From Octopus vulgaris (lineage: Eukaryota), in assembly GCA_951406725.2 (NCBI GenBank), contig OX597815.1, forward strand, positions 13,578,001-13,642,000: a DNA stretch of 64,000 nt, given 5' to 3'. Under the pieces are notes generated by a model that was not told the origin of the DNA, made no database searches, and was given only the letters and a program-made list of their open reading frames with translations. Below, one piece after another: positions 1 to 13,166 of the stretch. Within the stretch, counting starts at the first letter, position 1, and the number at the start of each line of letters is the position of its first letter. Both the position numbers and the translations under genes were made by a program.

Positions 1-80
<80 letters not shown>
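1..80. repeat. (TA)n microsatellite
   Basis: Near-pure TA run. Confidence 0.95.
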
Positions 81-81
<1 letters not shown>

Positions 82-285
82 TACATATGTGTAAATTTCT
101 CTCTGTGGGTGTGTTTCTGGGGTTGTTAGCTAACTCCTACACCATCGTTTTATCGATTTTGTTGAAAGTTGATACGTGATTACAACTCGTCTGGATACCT
201 CATGTCTTATTCGGATTATTGAAAAAAATCGATAACGGAGCCTCATGGAAAGGATATTTATATATATCTTATATATTTTATTTTA
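81..285. mobile_element. Short non-autonomous interspersed repeat, possibly Helitron/Helentron-derived
   Basis: Diverged reverse complement of the tandem pair at 48822-49305 (e.g. gttagctaactcc...ttttatcgattttgttgaaagttga vs tcagctttcatcaaaatcaataaaacg...gttagctaa). Confidence 0.6.
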
Positions 286-494
286 AAAATCAAGGAAAAC
301 AACCCATTCATTTTGCTAAATTATTTGGTAAATTTGAATTTGAGTATGCTTATTTTTTAGTAATTGAACTGTTAGAGTTTTTTTCGCAATTCATCCAGTA
401 CAAGTTTTAAAGAATAAAATAGTATTTCTCTAAACAATTCTCTAAACTTTTTTCTTTTAGTGACTTCTTCACGAATTTATCAACACTAGCACTC

Positions 495-870
495 CTGAGG
501 GAAATATTCTCTGGGAACGCACAAAAGCCCTTTTCAGAGTTATTTACTTTGAATTGTTATTATCTCATATCTCATTAGCATGTTATTACGTATCATTCTT
601 GACGATTTTAGTATACATACCTTATTAGTATTTCCTCCTGCATTCTATATAATCTGGGAACGTATTAAAGCTCTTTTCGGGGATACTTTATTTGAATTCT
701 CACTATCGGGTAACTCATTTCATCTTATAACGTAACTAACTTCCTAAATTGGGTATTCATAACTTATTGGAAATTCCTAAGAACACGATCCGTAAGACAG
801 TTCGGTATTCTCTGTAAATGCACAAAAACTGTTTTAAAGGCAGTATATTTTAAATTGTTGTTATTGGATT
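495..870. repeat. Old degenerate tandem repeat, period about 150 bp, about 3 units
   Basis: Motif attctctgggaacgcacaaaagcccttttcagag...ttgaattg recurs near 505, 650 and 805. Confidence 0.55.
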
Positions 871-1078
871 AGTGAAACAATTATGAAGACGAAACGAAGA
901 GATAAGCCCCGCTTCCCAGGAATTACCGGGTACTTCAGCTAGTATATATACACACATATATAAACGTTTATGTATTTGTGTTGCAAGATTCCTGATGTTA
1001 AACCGTGTGTTGGAACAGATATTGTTATATTTCGGAATGGTCATTTTTTTGGTTGGCCAAATAAGCACAAGGGCTCTA

Positions 1079-1671
1079 TATTCTATTCTACTCTAAGTAC
1101 AAGGCCCCTTAAATTTGGGACGAAGGGGCCAGTCGATTAGACTAATCCCAGTACGCAACTGACACTTAATTTATCGACCCCAAAAGAATGAAAGGGAAAT
1201 TCGACATTGGCGAAGTTTGAACTCAGAACATTCAAGACAGACGAACTACCTATTTCTATCTCTTTACTACCCACATGGGGCTAAACACAGAGAGGACAAA
1301 CAAGGAAAGACAAACGGATTAAGTCGATTATATTGACCCCAGTGCGTAAGTGGTACTTATTTAATCGACCCCGAAAGGATGAAAGGGAAAGTCGACGTTG
1401 GCGAAATTTGAATTCAGAACGTAAAGGCAGACGAAATACCTATTTCTTTATTAGCCACAGGGGGCTAAACATAGAGGGGACAAACAAGGACAGACAAACG
1501 GATTAAGTCGATTAGATCGACCCCAGTGCGTTACTGGTACATAATTTATCGACCCCGAAAGGATGAAAGGCAAAGTCGACCTCGGCGGAATTTGAACTCA
1601 GAACGTAACGGCAGACGAAATACGGCCACGCATTTCGCCCAGTATGTTAACGATTCTGCCAGCTCACCGGC
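1079..1671 (-). mobile_element. Head-to-tail trimer of tRNA-derived SINE family A (Meta/MESC-like central domain gcctttcatcctttcggggtcgataaattaagtaccag)
   Basis: Units 1441-1671, 1251-1440 and 1079-1250. B-box gagttcaaattcc. Homologous to the monomer at 6275-6505. Confidence 0.9.
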
Positions 1672-2014
1672 TTCACAAGCACTCTATTTTTTTCATTTAA
1701 TCTCTATTATTGTTCATAGTTTAGTGTCCTTTTGCCTGAATTTTCCGTCACACATTCTGTGACATCTGCAGCGACTCTCTATCGCACGTGTCTCCTGTTC
1801 TGTTTAGTCCATGAAGAAGACAATGACTGAAGGAATAGTGGCCAAGAGTCTTTGGTACATCTGCTAATTTCAGAGAGGCTGGTACTTTCCAATTCGCTAA
1901 CAGGATTGTATCTATATTTCAGATCTGGAATTCAGTAGTGCAGTACAGTACATAGATCTGAAGTCAGAGTTATAAAGAAATTGATAAGCTTCTGTTTGGT
2001 GAACTGTAATTTAC

Positions 2015-2022
2015 TCTATATA

Positions 2023-2091
<69 letters not shown>

Positions 2092-2093
2092 AT

Positions 2094-2157
<64 letters not shown>

Positions 2158-2265
2158 GTGTGCGTATATGTGTGTATATATTTAGGTAGATATCTAGGTA
2201 CGTAAGAAAGTAGGTGGGTAGGTATGTATGTAGGTAGGTAGGTAAGTAGGTAAGTATATATATTT
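2015..2265. repeat. (TA)n followed by (GGTA)n-like microsatellite
   Basis: Direct reading. Confidence 0.9.
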
Positions 2266-3164
2266 ATTTTCTCGCTTCTACGCACTCACGCGCATATATA
2301 GATCATAATCGTGCACAAAAAAGGTAGATATAAAAGCTTCATATATACCTGTGTGTGTCACATCTCTACAACTTAACAAGAGATTTATGAATCTTGAACA
2401 GGATGAAACTTCACTATAATTTCAATTTCTTTTTTGTTCGTATTTTAATTAAATTCTCGCAGAGGATATTGCAGTATATATCAATGCCATTTTCAGTTAC
2501 TTAGCTGTCGTCTTTTATTTTCATTTATTTCACAACTTTGACATTTCTATTTATTAAACTATCATCTTACTTCGTAAAGGATTTCTGTATTTTATATGTC
2601 TTTATATCACTTCACAAAGTCGTGATTCCTAAGAATTCACAGGTAAATTGTAACCACGTTGCAATGTGCAATAAATCTATGACCAACTCATCATTATATT
2701 TTTGAAACATTTAGTGTGTACTACTTTCAGTAAGTTGAACACATATGAAGCTATTTTTCAGGTTAGCGAACATCAATTTACAGTAAGTTTTTGCGGGTTT
2801 TGACCTCTCTGGAAATAACTATAATTACGCTTCTGACTGCAGTACATAAGGCGTCGGTTTCGTGTGAGCGTCGAAGAGAATGACAGTTAGTTAGTGGATC
2901 GGTTCTTTTCTCTTTGTGCTAGACTTTGCCTTGAATTTCAAAGATTTGCTGAAATTACATACCGTATTATTCCAGTACCTTGGCTAATTGTGCGATTTAC
3001 CTAACGATTTATCGGAGAAGTCGTCTGTTGGGGAAAAGGAGGGTTGGAATCTGTAATGTTTAGATGCTCACATCAAGACCCATATCGTCAATGGCCCAAC
3101 AACTACAATAAAAAAGGATACACTGACACAAAGTGGTACGTTGACATATATTTGTTTGTGTATA

Positions 3165-3396
3165 TAGAAAGATAGAAAGATAGATAGGTAGATAGCTAGT
3201 TTGGTAAGATAGATAGATGGATAGATAGATATGTAGATAGAAAGAAAGAAAGATACGTTGGTAAGCAAGATGTAATCGACTTAATCCGTTTGTCTGTCCT
3301 TGTTTGTCCCCTCTGTGTTTAGTCCCTTGTGGGTAGTAAAGAAATAGGCATGCAAGATAGATATATGGATAGATAGACATGTAGATATATATATAT

Positions 3397-3464
<68 letters not shown>

Positions 3465-3486
3465 CATAGATAGATATATAACATAT

Positions 3487-3577
<91 letters not shown>

Positions 3578-3597
3578 TATTGATAGATAGATAGATA
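3165..3597. repeat. (GATA)n array containing a 5'-truncated SINE A tail (about 3268-3346, + strand)
   Basis: GATA tract interrupted by gatgtaatcgacttaatccg...gtgggtagtaaagaaata. Confidence 0.9.
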
Positions 3598-4003
3598 TTT
3601 GGTTCAAATAACCTGTCACCGGCATAAATAAATGGCTAAGTCTAAATATTGATGACGAAGTCGTAAGCACAATACAGTATCTTGAGACATGTCTGTTCTT
3701 GTAACCTCCAATTGACCAGAAAATGTTTGTGTACGACAGCCTTCGTAATTGTTTTAATCGGTTCTCTATTTTATATCAAAGCGTATTATGTCGCTACTTT
3801 AAAAATGATCAGTATAAAACCGAGAGAAAGAAATAAAAGTTTATATTAATCTTATGTTTGTTCTGATTTCCCCTACATTTGCTCTGTAGTTCACAGCTAA
3901 TGATAATACTGTACAGTTACGTAACACATGTAGACAAACGCATATACACGAAAAATGCATATACACATATATACATAAACAAAGCATATACCTATACATA
4001 TAC

Positions 4004-4054
<51 letters not shown>

Positions 4055-5136
4055 TAAACAGAGAAAGAGAGACACACATACTCACACACACAAATATATA
4101 TTTGTGCACACACCTATGTAGCTGGTACCCAGGCAAGGCATCGGTCTTGTGAGAATAGCTGGAACAAGTATAATGATCAGTTTAAAGATCTGTAGACAAT
4201 TTTTCTTCGAAAGAAAGATGAAGAAATTATGTTGTGTCTCCATTCCTCACATTCAATCGGATATTTAATAATGTAAATGTTAGTATAAAATTCTCAAGAC
4301 CAATTGAAGACACCATATATTTATTTCGTATATATTTTGAATTACTATAGTTGACCTTATACTTTGCGGATTAACACCTCTAGCAACCAAAGCTTTACTT
4401 TGTTAACCATAATATTCAGTTCGTCGATTCAGATGAAATCTAAAATTTGTGTCTGTCACAGCTGTACATAAAGAAACCGAATCAATATAGAATTCATGGT
4501 TAACGAAAATGAATATCTTGGTATGGATAAGCAGGTTTGAAAATAACTAAATTCAGTTACAGATAAATAAGAAATACATTGAAGACGAAACACAAATATA
4601 CGCCTTGGCCATCATATGCGACTGGTCGGCGAAAACGAATACAGAAACATGTTCAGATTAAATGTATTCAACAGCTACTTCATGTTTACCGTATTACTTA
4701 TTGCTACATTGAAGCATTTACACAATGCCATTAATGAAGATCTAACAGATGAAAGCGCTTGCAGAGAATAAACCTTTTACTTTCCATGAATGCAAATTTC
4801 AATTATTGATGTTTTATCATGCAAATAATGTAAGCTGCATGCGTAATTCTCTTCGATTGGAGTAGCATTTATTGGCAGTCTGATGGATTTGGAATTGTAA
4901 AAGACTACTGATTAGCCAGTAGATTAGATATCGACACGAGTTCAAGAACGAATTATCAAGAGTATAGGAGAATATTGAGACTGACTGGTTTTCAGAATAT
5001 TACACTTCAGTTATAATCCGTTATACTGCAGGAGGAATCTTCATTCAATAAGTAGTCTAACTGAAACTTTTATAAAGAACTTTCTGCCCCCATCTTTTCT
5101 CATTGTCTTTCAATCATTTCTTGCTTGTAGCGGTTT

Positions 5137-5169
<33 letters not shown>

Positions 5170-5318
5170 GTCTTGTTATATATATATGTCTTGTTATATT
5201 TGTACTATATTAATGTATAATATCATTGCTATTGTGTAATGGTTTAATAAAGTATTGATTGGGTATTATCTGATGGTTGATGATTGATTTATATATATTT
5301 CTCCATTTTCTCAGTTTG

Positions 5319-5356
<38 letters not shown>

Positions 5357-5577
5357 GCTATCTCTCTCTCTCTTTCTCTTTCCTTCTTTCTCTCTTTATC
5401 TATTATTTATCTATTTATCTCTCTCTCTCTCTCTATCTATCTATCTATATCTATATCTATATATATATATATATATATGAATATCTGTATATCTATTCAG
5501 ATATATAAGTGTGGATGTGTGTGTGAGTGTCTGTGTATCTTTGTGTTTGTATGTATATATGTAAGCATGTATGTATA

Positions 5578-5640
5578 CTCTTTTACTCTTTTACTTGTTT
5601 CAGTCATTTGACTACGGCAATGCTGGATCACCACCTTTAT
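5578..5640 (-). mobile_element. 3' tail only of CORE-type SINE family B
   Basis: Reverse complement taaaggtggtgatccagcattgccgtagtcaaatgactgaaacaagtaaaagagtaaaagag matches the tails at 39467-39529 and 62367-62420. Confidence 0.9.
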
Positions 5641-5642
5641 AG

Positions 5643-5680
5643 AAAAATATGGAACGCTTAACGAATTTGCGTGTCATCCT
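5643..5680 (-). pseudogene. U6: 5'-truncated U6 snRNA retrocopy (3'-terminal 38 nt)
   Basis: Reverse complement aggatgacacgcaaattcgttaagcgttccatattttt matches the conserved U6 3' end AGGAUGACACGCAAAUUCGUGAAGCGUUCCAUAUUUUU at 37/38 positions. Confidence 0.92.
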
Positions 5681-5811
5681 ATAAGTATTCTCATCAAAAT
5701 AATCGTAAATTGATCGTAAATGTTAATTGTACGTAAAAATTAGTAAGGAGTTCATAGCCATAGTGATGAGAGACGCAAACGTACACAGAATCTCACGCAT
5801 ATAATTTGCGT

Positions 5812-6200
5812 TGCGGTGTGGTAAGATGTCTCCGCCGCAGGCATAGCTTTCTTTCAAAGTTTGGTGTCGTTTGCTCAATCCTAGTGCGTGGGCGTGGCAC
5901 GGACTATTAGTTTCCTCTATAATAGCCATGAGCCGACCAAAGCGTGTGAGTGTGTGTGTGTGTGCACACGCACACGCACGTGTGTGTCTGTGTATTTATA
6001 TTGTGTTTGTTTTCCACCACGAGATCGTAAAGCAACCACCGCTGCTGGTTGGTTTACGACTTCGTAACTTACCGGTTTGTCAAACGGGCTGATAGAAAAT
6101 ATACCGGTCTATAGAAATATAATAAAATTCGGTAGAATTCTTCAACTAAATATTTTAAGGCATCACTGCAATCCAATAACTGAAACGAAAGATAAAAGCT
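5812..6200 (+). mobile_element. Old diverged SINE family B copy
   Basis: gtgtggtaag head, atagccatgagccgaccaaag, internal (TG)n, ending actgaaacgaaagataaaag; colinear with 39113-39529. Confidence 0.6.
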
Positions 6201-6274
6201 ATATGTGTGTGTGTGTGCATAACTTTCATGTAACTATGTATGTATGTATGTATGTATACAGGTATGTATTTTTT

Positions 6275-6505
6275 GGCGGCGAGCTGGCAGAATCGTTAGC
6301 ACGCCGGGCGAAATGCTTAGCGGTATTTCGTCTGTCGTTACGTTCTGAGTTCAAATTCCGCCGAGGTCGACTTTGCCTTTCATCTTTTCGGGGTCGATAA
6401 ATTAAGTACCAGTTACGCACTGGGGTCGATGTAATCGACTTAATACCTATGTCTGTCCTTGTTTGTCCCCTCTGTGTTTAGCCCCTTGTGGGTAATAAAG
6501 AAATA
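6275..6505 (+). mobile_element. Full-length SINE family A monomer
   Basis: A-box-like gagctggcagaatcgttagc, B-box gagttcaaattcc, tail gtgggtaataaagaaata; aggtatgtat on both flanks (possible TSD). Confidence 0.92.
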
Positions 6506-7499
6506 GGTATGTATGTATGTCATTATTCAGTTTTATTTCAAGATGTCTTGCCAGTAGAAAAGTGTCAGGTTCTAACCTAGATCCAAAGCACTTTCATTAG
6601 ATTTTCAGCATCAACAACAGGGTAATTTTTATGTATGTATGTCCGTAAACACTTGGAGAGTTGCTCGTCGTTGCCCTGATTTCCAATGTGTAAAACCACG
6701 TGTTCTATAAATTTTATATTTATTTATTTATTTGCAATTCTAATATTTAATTTGTATGCAACGCAGAGAAAGGGATCAATTCTCAGAAATGCATATTTTA
6801 ATCAACAACAATACAGTACAAAGCATTCATTTCTGCATTTGCGTTTTGATGGAAAGAAATCACGATACTAGAAACGGTCACTTGAACACGAAATGCTGGT
6901 GAAACGTTAGTATTGCGTGGAATATTGCTCCTTTTCCCACGTGTTCATAATGGTGGCTTCTATAATGCCGAAAATATAATTTTTGGTGGACGTTTAAGAA
7001 AGATTATTGAGAATTGGTCCATTCGAATATCGCAGGAAAATAAATACATAAATAGTACATACATAGATTATACATACATATGCATATTATGTGTGTATGT
7101 ATGTATGTACGTAGGTACATAGGAACATGAATTTCTTGCAGCTGTGAGAGGAAACATTTAAAATATCTACAAGATAATTAAGCATTATATCAACGTTCCT
7201 TCATATCACACGAACACATCTACACAATAACTCTTCCGTTTCTGCTTACAGAAAAATAGTCTTAATGGCACAATTTTTTTTCGCATTATTTCATTGTCAT
7301 GCCTAAAGTGACCATAGATGCAGGTTGTGTTTGCTTGTGCATACTTCAGAAATGCAATTGAATTTACAAGCAAAATTCGCTATTGTTCTGTTAAGGACTA
7401 GTCACAATATTCCTTCACCAACATAGGCGCATACATTACACACATACGTTACGTACATATGTACGTATGATGTATGTAGACACGTATGTATGTATGGAT

Positions 7500-7700
7500 A
7501 ATGTAACCGCGTGTGTATCGTTGGCGATTATTTTCCCCCGTCTTCCCTTCCTTGGATCTCTTCCTATGACGACGAGCTCCGCTCGAAACGTTAAATCCTC
7601 CTTCTTTCTTTCCTTTCCTGAGCATCCAATAATACTATACTTGTACCACGTTCTCGCGTTGTGTTTTCTCTTTGTGTTTTCATGTTTGGATTACATTTAT
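7500..7700 (+). mobile_element. Short PLE-type (pseudo-LTR-like) repeat with degenerate hammerhead core
   Basis: tgacgac-gagc-tcc-gctc-gaaac-gtt at about 7567-7592; related to 49320-49505, 57434-57628 and 63503-63700. Confidence 0.6.
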
Positions 7701-7709
7701 ATGTGTGTG

Positions 7710-7746
<37 letters not shown>

Positions 7747-8175
7747 TATGTGTCAGAAGGACCGATGAACCTAGCCTAGGTTCAAGGACTGGCTAGCAGT
7801 ACCACGGGTTCCTCAACTATTGTTAATGCAGGTCTTCGATATATAACCGGATATGTTGGGAATGGGATTAGATATCTGGAGGGGCCTTTTGTTTTCGCTT
7901 GATATCATGGCACCCACAATTTCCTAAGCCTGCGACAGTCATACTCGCTTACCGGTTGACCGCCATCTGTGTGTGTGTGTGTGTGTGCCGCACGTGCGTG
8001 TGTGCACTGACTAAAGTGTCCGTCATCATCGAATACAAGGAATAGTAACGTCCCCTTCTTTTGCGGGTGTACATATATACATTTTTATGCATATGCATAT
8101 ATGCGAATATGTACATAAAAATAAACATGTGTGTGTGTGGTGTATATGTATAAAGTGAAAGAGAAAGACACACAC

Positions 8176-8264
<89 letters not shown>

Positions 8265-9491
8265 TGTACGTATGTATACACGCATGCATTTATATCAAAG
8301 AGTGTGTCTGTGCGTGCGTACATATGCATGTGTGTGTATAGGCCATAGAAGCTGTGTACTACTAGTGACACGATAAAATTATATGAGTTATTTTATTCGT
8401 TAGTAGGAATATTGCTGTAGTTCAGACGTGTCCGTTTGACAATAGTAAAACTGTCCATAAATTTTATACAAAACGTGATTAGTATTCCTTCCGTTGTAGC
8501 TTTGGCAAACATATTAGTCATTAGAAAACAGAATCAAAGCTAGTTGTCGATTAGTACATGTTCGTTCCGCGTTGTTGACTATTTATTGAATAACACTTTA
8601 GTATCTTGTTTGATACATAACATATTTTATACAATGCAGACTAACTTAATTTAGATTTGTATTCATGTAAATACCTTTTCTTTTGCTAACAAAACTATTT
8701 GTATATCCTATTGCTTCTAAGTTTATTTATTCGCTTGGAACATCAAATCATGATATGAATCTAATTTCAGATGTTTAGTCGGCTATTTTCATTCTTTATT
8801 AAAACACCAAAGTCAGACAAGTTATTTTCTATAGAAAGAAAAAAAAAAGAATGAATGAAAAGAAAGCGATAGTTTCGGCAGCTACATTTTCAAATAACAA
8901 GTTAGCTTTAGTTAACGCCTGTTTCGGTGTTGAAACTTTAATTGCAAACGTTTGTGTTGCTAACAAAGGGTAAAAAGTATTTGATCAAAGAAATTCTGAG
9001 GTTACTTGTTAGAAGCTACAATGTTAAATAGAAAGTATCTTCATTCATCTCTTGCCAGGACATGCCACTTGGTTGGGAGCCAGAAGTAAGGGTTCCTTTA
9101 AATTATCTCAGAAAGAATAAATAAAAAAAACCCAGTACTACTACGATTATCAGTACCACCACCACCACCACTACGACTGTAACTGCTAGTAGAAGTAGTA
9201 TCTTTCGTTAATTTGCCGCAAGGTTGATATATGAGAGAATATTACAAGGACAATTACAAAGACGGTGAATTGTTACACGAAAGTGGACTATAAAAAACTG
9301 AAATCAATAGAAACGTCCCAATACAGGAACAAATAAATTATGTCAATTACTGTCCAATGTGCATCCTGATATATTTTTAACTATTATGAGCATGCAGCCT
9401 CTTTCCCAGCACTACATTGACGGTACATATTAAGATACTTTATTAATAAACTCATCAAAATAAACCAGAAAACTACATCATCAAAAATGGA

Positions 9492-10116
<625 letters not shown>

Positions 10117-10399
10117 TTTAATAATAACAGGGCTAATTTGTACCTATCCATGAAATCCAAAAATTGAATAAATTCAAAATATAGTTCTCACGGTACCTAA
10201 TCATATCCTATGACATATATTTTCTATGTAATCCCCAAAACATTTAAATCCGTAATCTGCTAAAATGCTTTTAAATGTGCAAAATAGCATGCATCTGTTA
10301 CTTTCATCTTAAGAACCCACCATCATCTTAAAGTATACTGACTATTAGAACAAACTTTTGATTTTGACAGACATTTTCTTGAAGATTACATTGTACATT

Positions 10400-10745
10400 G
10401 TACAAAACCCAAAATATGGTACCCTAGTCATAACAGCAAATTCAACTCCTAACTCGGTGTCTCTTGAAGTCCTTGGGTGAGACTTGGAGTCAACTTGTAC
10501 AAATACAAAGCAAACGTCAAACATCTCACTCCTCCAGAACTTCACCGTTCAAATTGACAGAAAGATAGATGCGAATAGGCCAGACATTATATTGAATGAC
10601 TTCAGACAAAAACATGTGTCTTCATTGATATGACTGTCCCAATCGTCATAAATGTATTTGTAAAGACCTACCAAAAACTGAGCATGTATAAATATCTTGA
10701 AATAGAATTTGGCAAAATGTTGAACCTAAATACTAAAACAATACC
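10400..10745 (+). mobile_element. R4/Dong-type RLE retrotransposon fragment (endonuclease region preceded by a 3'UTR-like segment)
   Basis: Translation QIDRKIDANRPDIIL..FIDMTVP..KTYQKLSMYKYLEIE..LNLNTKTI fits the PD-(D/E)xK RLE motif. Confidence 0.75.
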
Positions 10746-11960
10746 ACCTCTTCCCGATCCTTCAAGGACAGCTTCCGTTCAGCCCACTCCTGGGTAACAA
10801 TGGTCACCCTATTCGCTACCTTGACTCAGTTTTTGTCAACCTGGAGGTCGGGACCAAGCCAGGCCCCGATCAGTTTAACTGGTCCGTTAGTCCAGCATCC
10901 GACGATGCCATACGATGGTATCTTCCTGTCTCTGTAGGTGCCCAACCGCGATTCCACCAATTTGAGAGCGTTGATTTTAGCCACTGCAACCGACTCATAT
11001 TCCTTTAGGATGGTGCCGACTGTTATCACTTCGGAGGCCTCCGACACCATGACGATGATTTTGTCCGCGTATACCGACACTGACCTTCCTTGTCCCAGTT
11101 CGAAAGGGATGCCCCTGATTTGTTGTAACTTCCGCTGCATTGGCACGAGTACCAATACGTACGAAAGTGGCGACAGTTGGAAGCCTTAACGGAATGAATG
11201 AGCGAGGCCAAACGTGTCCGATAGGCGGCTGTTTACATTGCCCATTGAACAGGTGAGGTTGCGTATTATAGAAATCCTACCTTTGAAAAGGTGTTCGAAA
11301 CCCCATGTTTTCTGGACGGTTGCCAAGTGGCGATGGTCAATCAAATCGAATGCTTTTGATTAATACGAATTGATCAGGGAACCTCCTAAGACACCTTTTA
11401 TTCCATCCTTCTCTATGATGTATCGCATACAGTGGAGTTTGTCGTGGATATACATGCTCGGGATTGTGAAGATTAGTGATTCTCCGAACAGGCTACCGAT
11501 GACAAGCATCAGATTTTTCATTAACACCTTGACCAAAATCTTGAAATCTGTGTTTAGCAGAGTTATGGACCGAAAACCCGTCCCTATTGTCGGCGTACTT
11601 CCTCAGCAGTGTCATTACACCTCTGCTAACATCACTAGGAATTCTCCCGTTCTGTTACCTCTTGCGATACACGTCTTTCAACAGGGCACCATATTCCAAG
11701 GATAATATTATCAGCCTGTTCACTAATGTCTTGGCCAAAATCTTGAAATCTGCGTTTAGCAGAGTTCTTGGTCCAAACTTTTTTATGCGGTTTCCTGTTT
11801 CAGGCTCTTTCTCAGTAGTTCCACATCTCTTTGGCGCACAGAATTAGAGAATCTTCTGATATTCTGCAATTTGCGGTTGACATCTAAGAGGCCAAACAAG
11901 TCGAACATGAGTGGAAATTTTGTTGCCGATTTGCATACTGCAATGCAAGCTTTTTTTCTA
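10746..11960 (-). mobile_element. Decayed L1/Tx1-like LINE reverse transcriptase
   Basis: SVYADKII (YADD-like), KEYESVAVAKIN, GPVKLIGAWLGPDLQVDKN, and ITLLNTDFKILVKVL present twice. Confidence 0.8.
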
Positions 11961-12071
11961 TTTCGGTGGTTGTTAGAAGCATTTCGAGAAACTATTCCTT
12001 CGTTCATGAGGGAAATCGCAGGATGGCGATGTAGGTATTGAAGTCCATTCAACTCTATATTCCCCAAAAGT

Positions 12072-12392
12072 GAGGGCGCGTGGCTTAGTGGTTAGGGCAT
12101 TCAGCTCATGATCGTAAGGTTGTGAGTTCGATTCCCGGCGACGCGTTGTGTCCTTGAGCAAGACACTTTATTTCACGTTGCTCCAGTCCACTCAGCTGGC
12201 AAAATTGAGTTGTACTTGTATTTCAAAGGGTCAGCCTTGTCACTCTCTGTGTCACGCTGAATATCCCCGAGAACTACGTTAAGGGTATACGTGTCTGTGG
12301 AATGCTCAGCAATTTGCACGTTAATTTCACGTCAAGCTGTTCCGTTGATCGTATCAGCTGGGACCCTCGTCGTCGTAACCGGCGGAGTCTTT
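12072..12392 (+). mobile_element. tRNA-derived CORE-type SINE family C (OR-like)
   Basis: A-box tggcttagtgg, B-box gagttcgattcc, CORE-like gtgtccttgagcaagacacttt; TSD-like atattccccaaa(c)aagt on both sides. Confidence 0.9.
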
Positions 12393-13072
12393 TAAAAGAA
12401 AAATATTCCCCAAACAAGTGGATCATTGGAGCAAGCTACAGCTAAAATGTTGTGCACATCTGGTTGCATTCGCGTTACGCAGGCCCCTCGCCAGGCATTG
12501 AAACATTTCTTGCACACATCCGATTGCATCAGATTGCATTCGCGTAGCAAATGACCTATGCTATTGAAAAATAGCGTTTGAGTCAATATTCTGCTCTCAA
12601 AATTCAAGCAACGCCAGTGTGAAGCGCTTTTCTTAGTTTCTAAAAAGGTGACCCTCTCATTGGAATTTTGTCTCTTTCATACTCCTTAATTAAACATTAT
12701 CTATTTTGTATATCTATATATGTACGCATATACGCACACACATACACGCATACACACACACACACACACACGTTTCATATACCCACCTGCTACCTCGCAT
12801 GGGAGTCCAAAGTGAGGGCATATCTAGAGCAAATATTTACCTAGCCTATCATGCGGTAACGTATACATATTCGAGGTAATGTAAAGCAACTTCTCTTTTG
12901 CGATTATATAGCAGATGGAAGGGTCATCACCTTTTCTAAGAATGCTGGATTGTTACTTCCTCAAAAGCTGAAATAGATCTTGAGCTGCTGTAATGAAAAC
13001 CTGGTTCTGACTTATATCCAGATGCGGACTGTTACTTCTGGTTTCATCTAGCTATGGACATCAGAATAACCC

Positions 13073-13109
13073 TCATCGTCGTCGTCGTCGTCGTCGTCAT
13101 CGTAATCTT

Positions 13110-13166
<57 letters not shown>

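Noticed and set aside
5643-5680. Functional U6 gene
   Set aside because: Only the 3' 38 nt are present; the ACAGAGA box and 5' stem are absent.
6275-6370. tRNA-like A/B boxes here and at 12072, 39113, 52085 and 62037 as tRNA genes
   Set aside because: Each continues into a SINE body and tail, often with TSDs; none ends as a standalone cloverleaf.
9230-9492. Possible very old Dong 3' fragment before (AAT)n
   Set aside because: Position is suggestive, but the protein motifs are too decayed to support a call.
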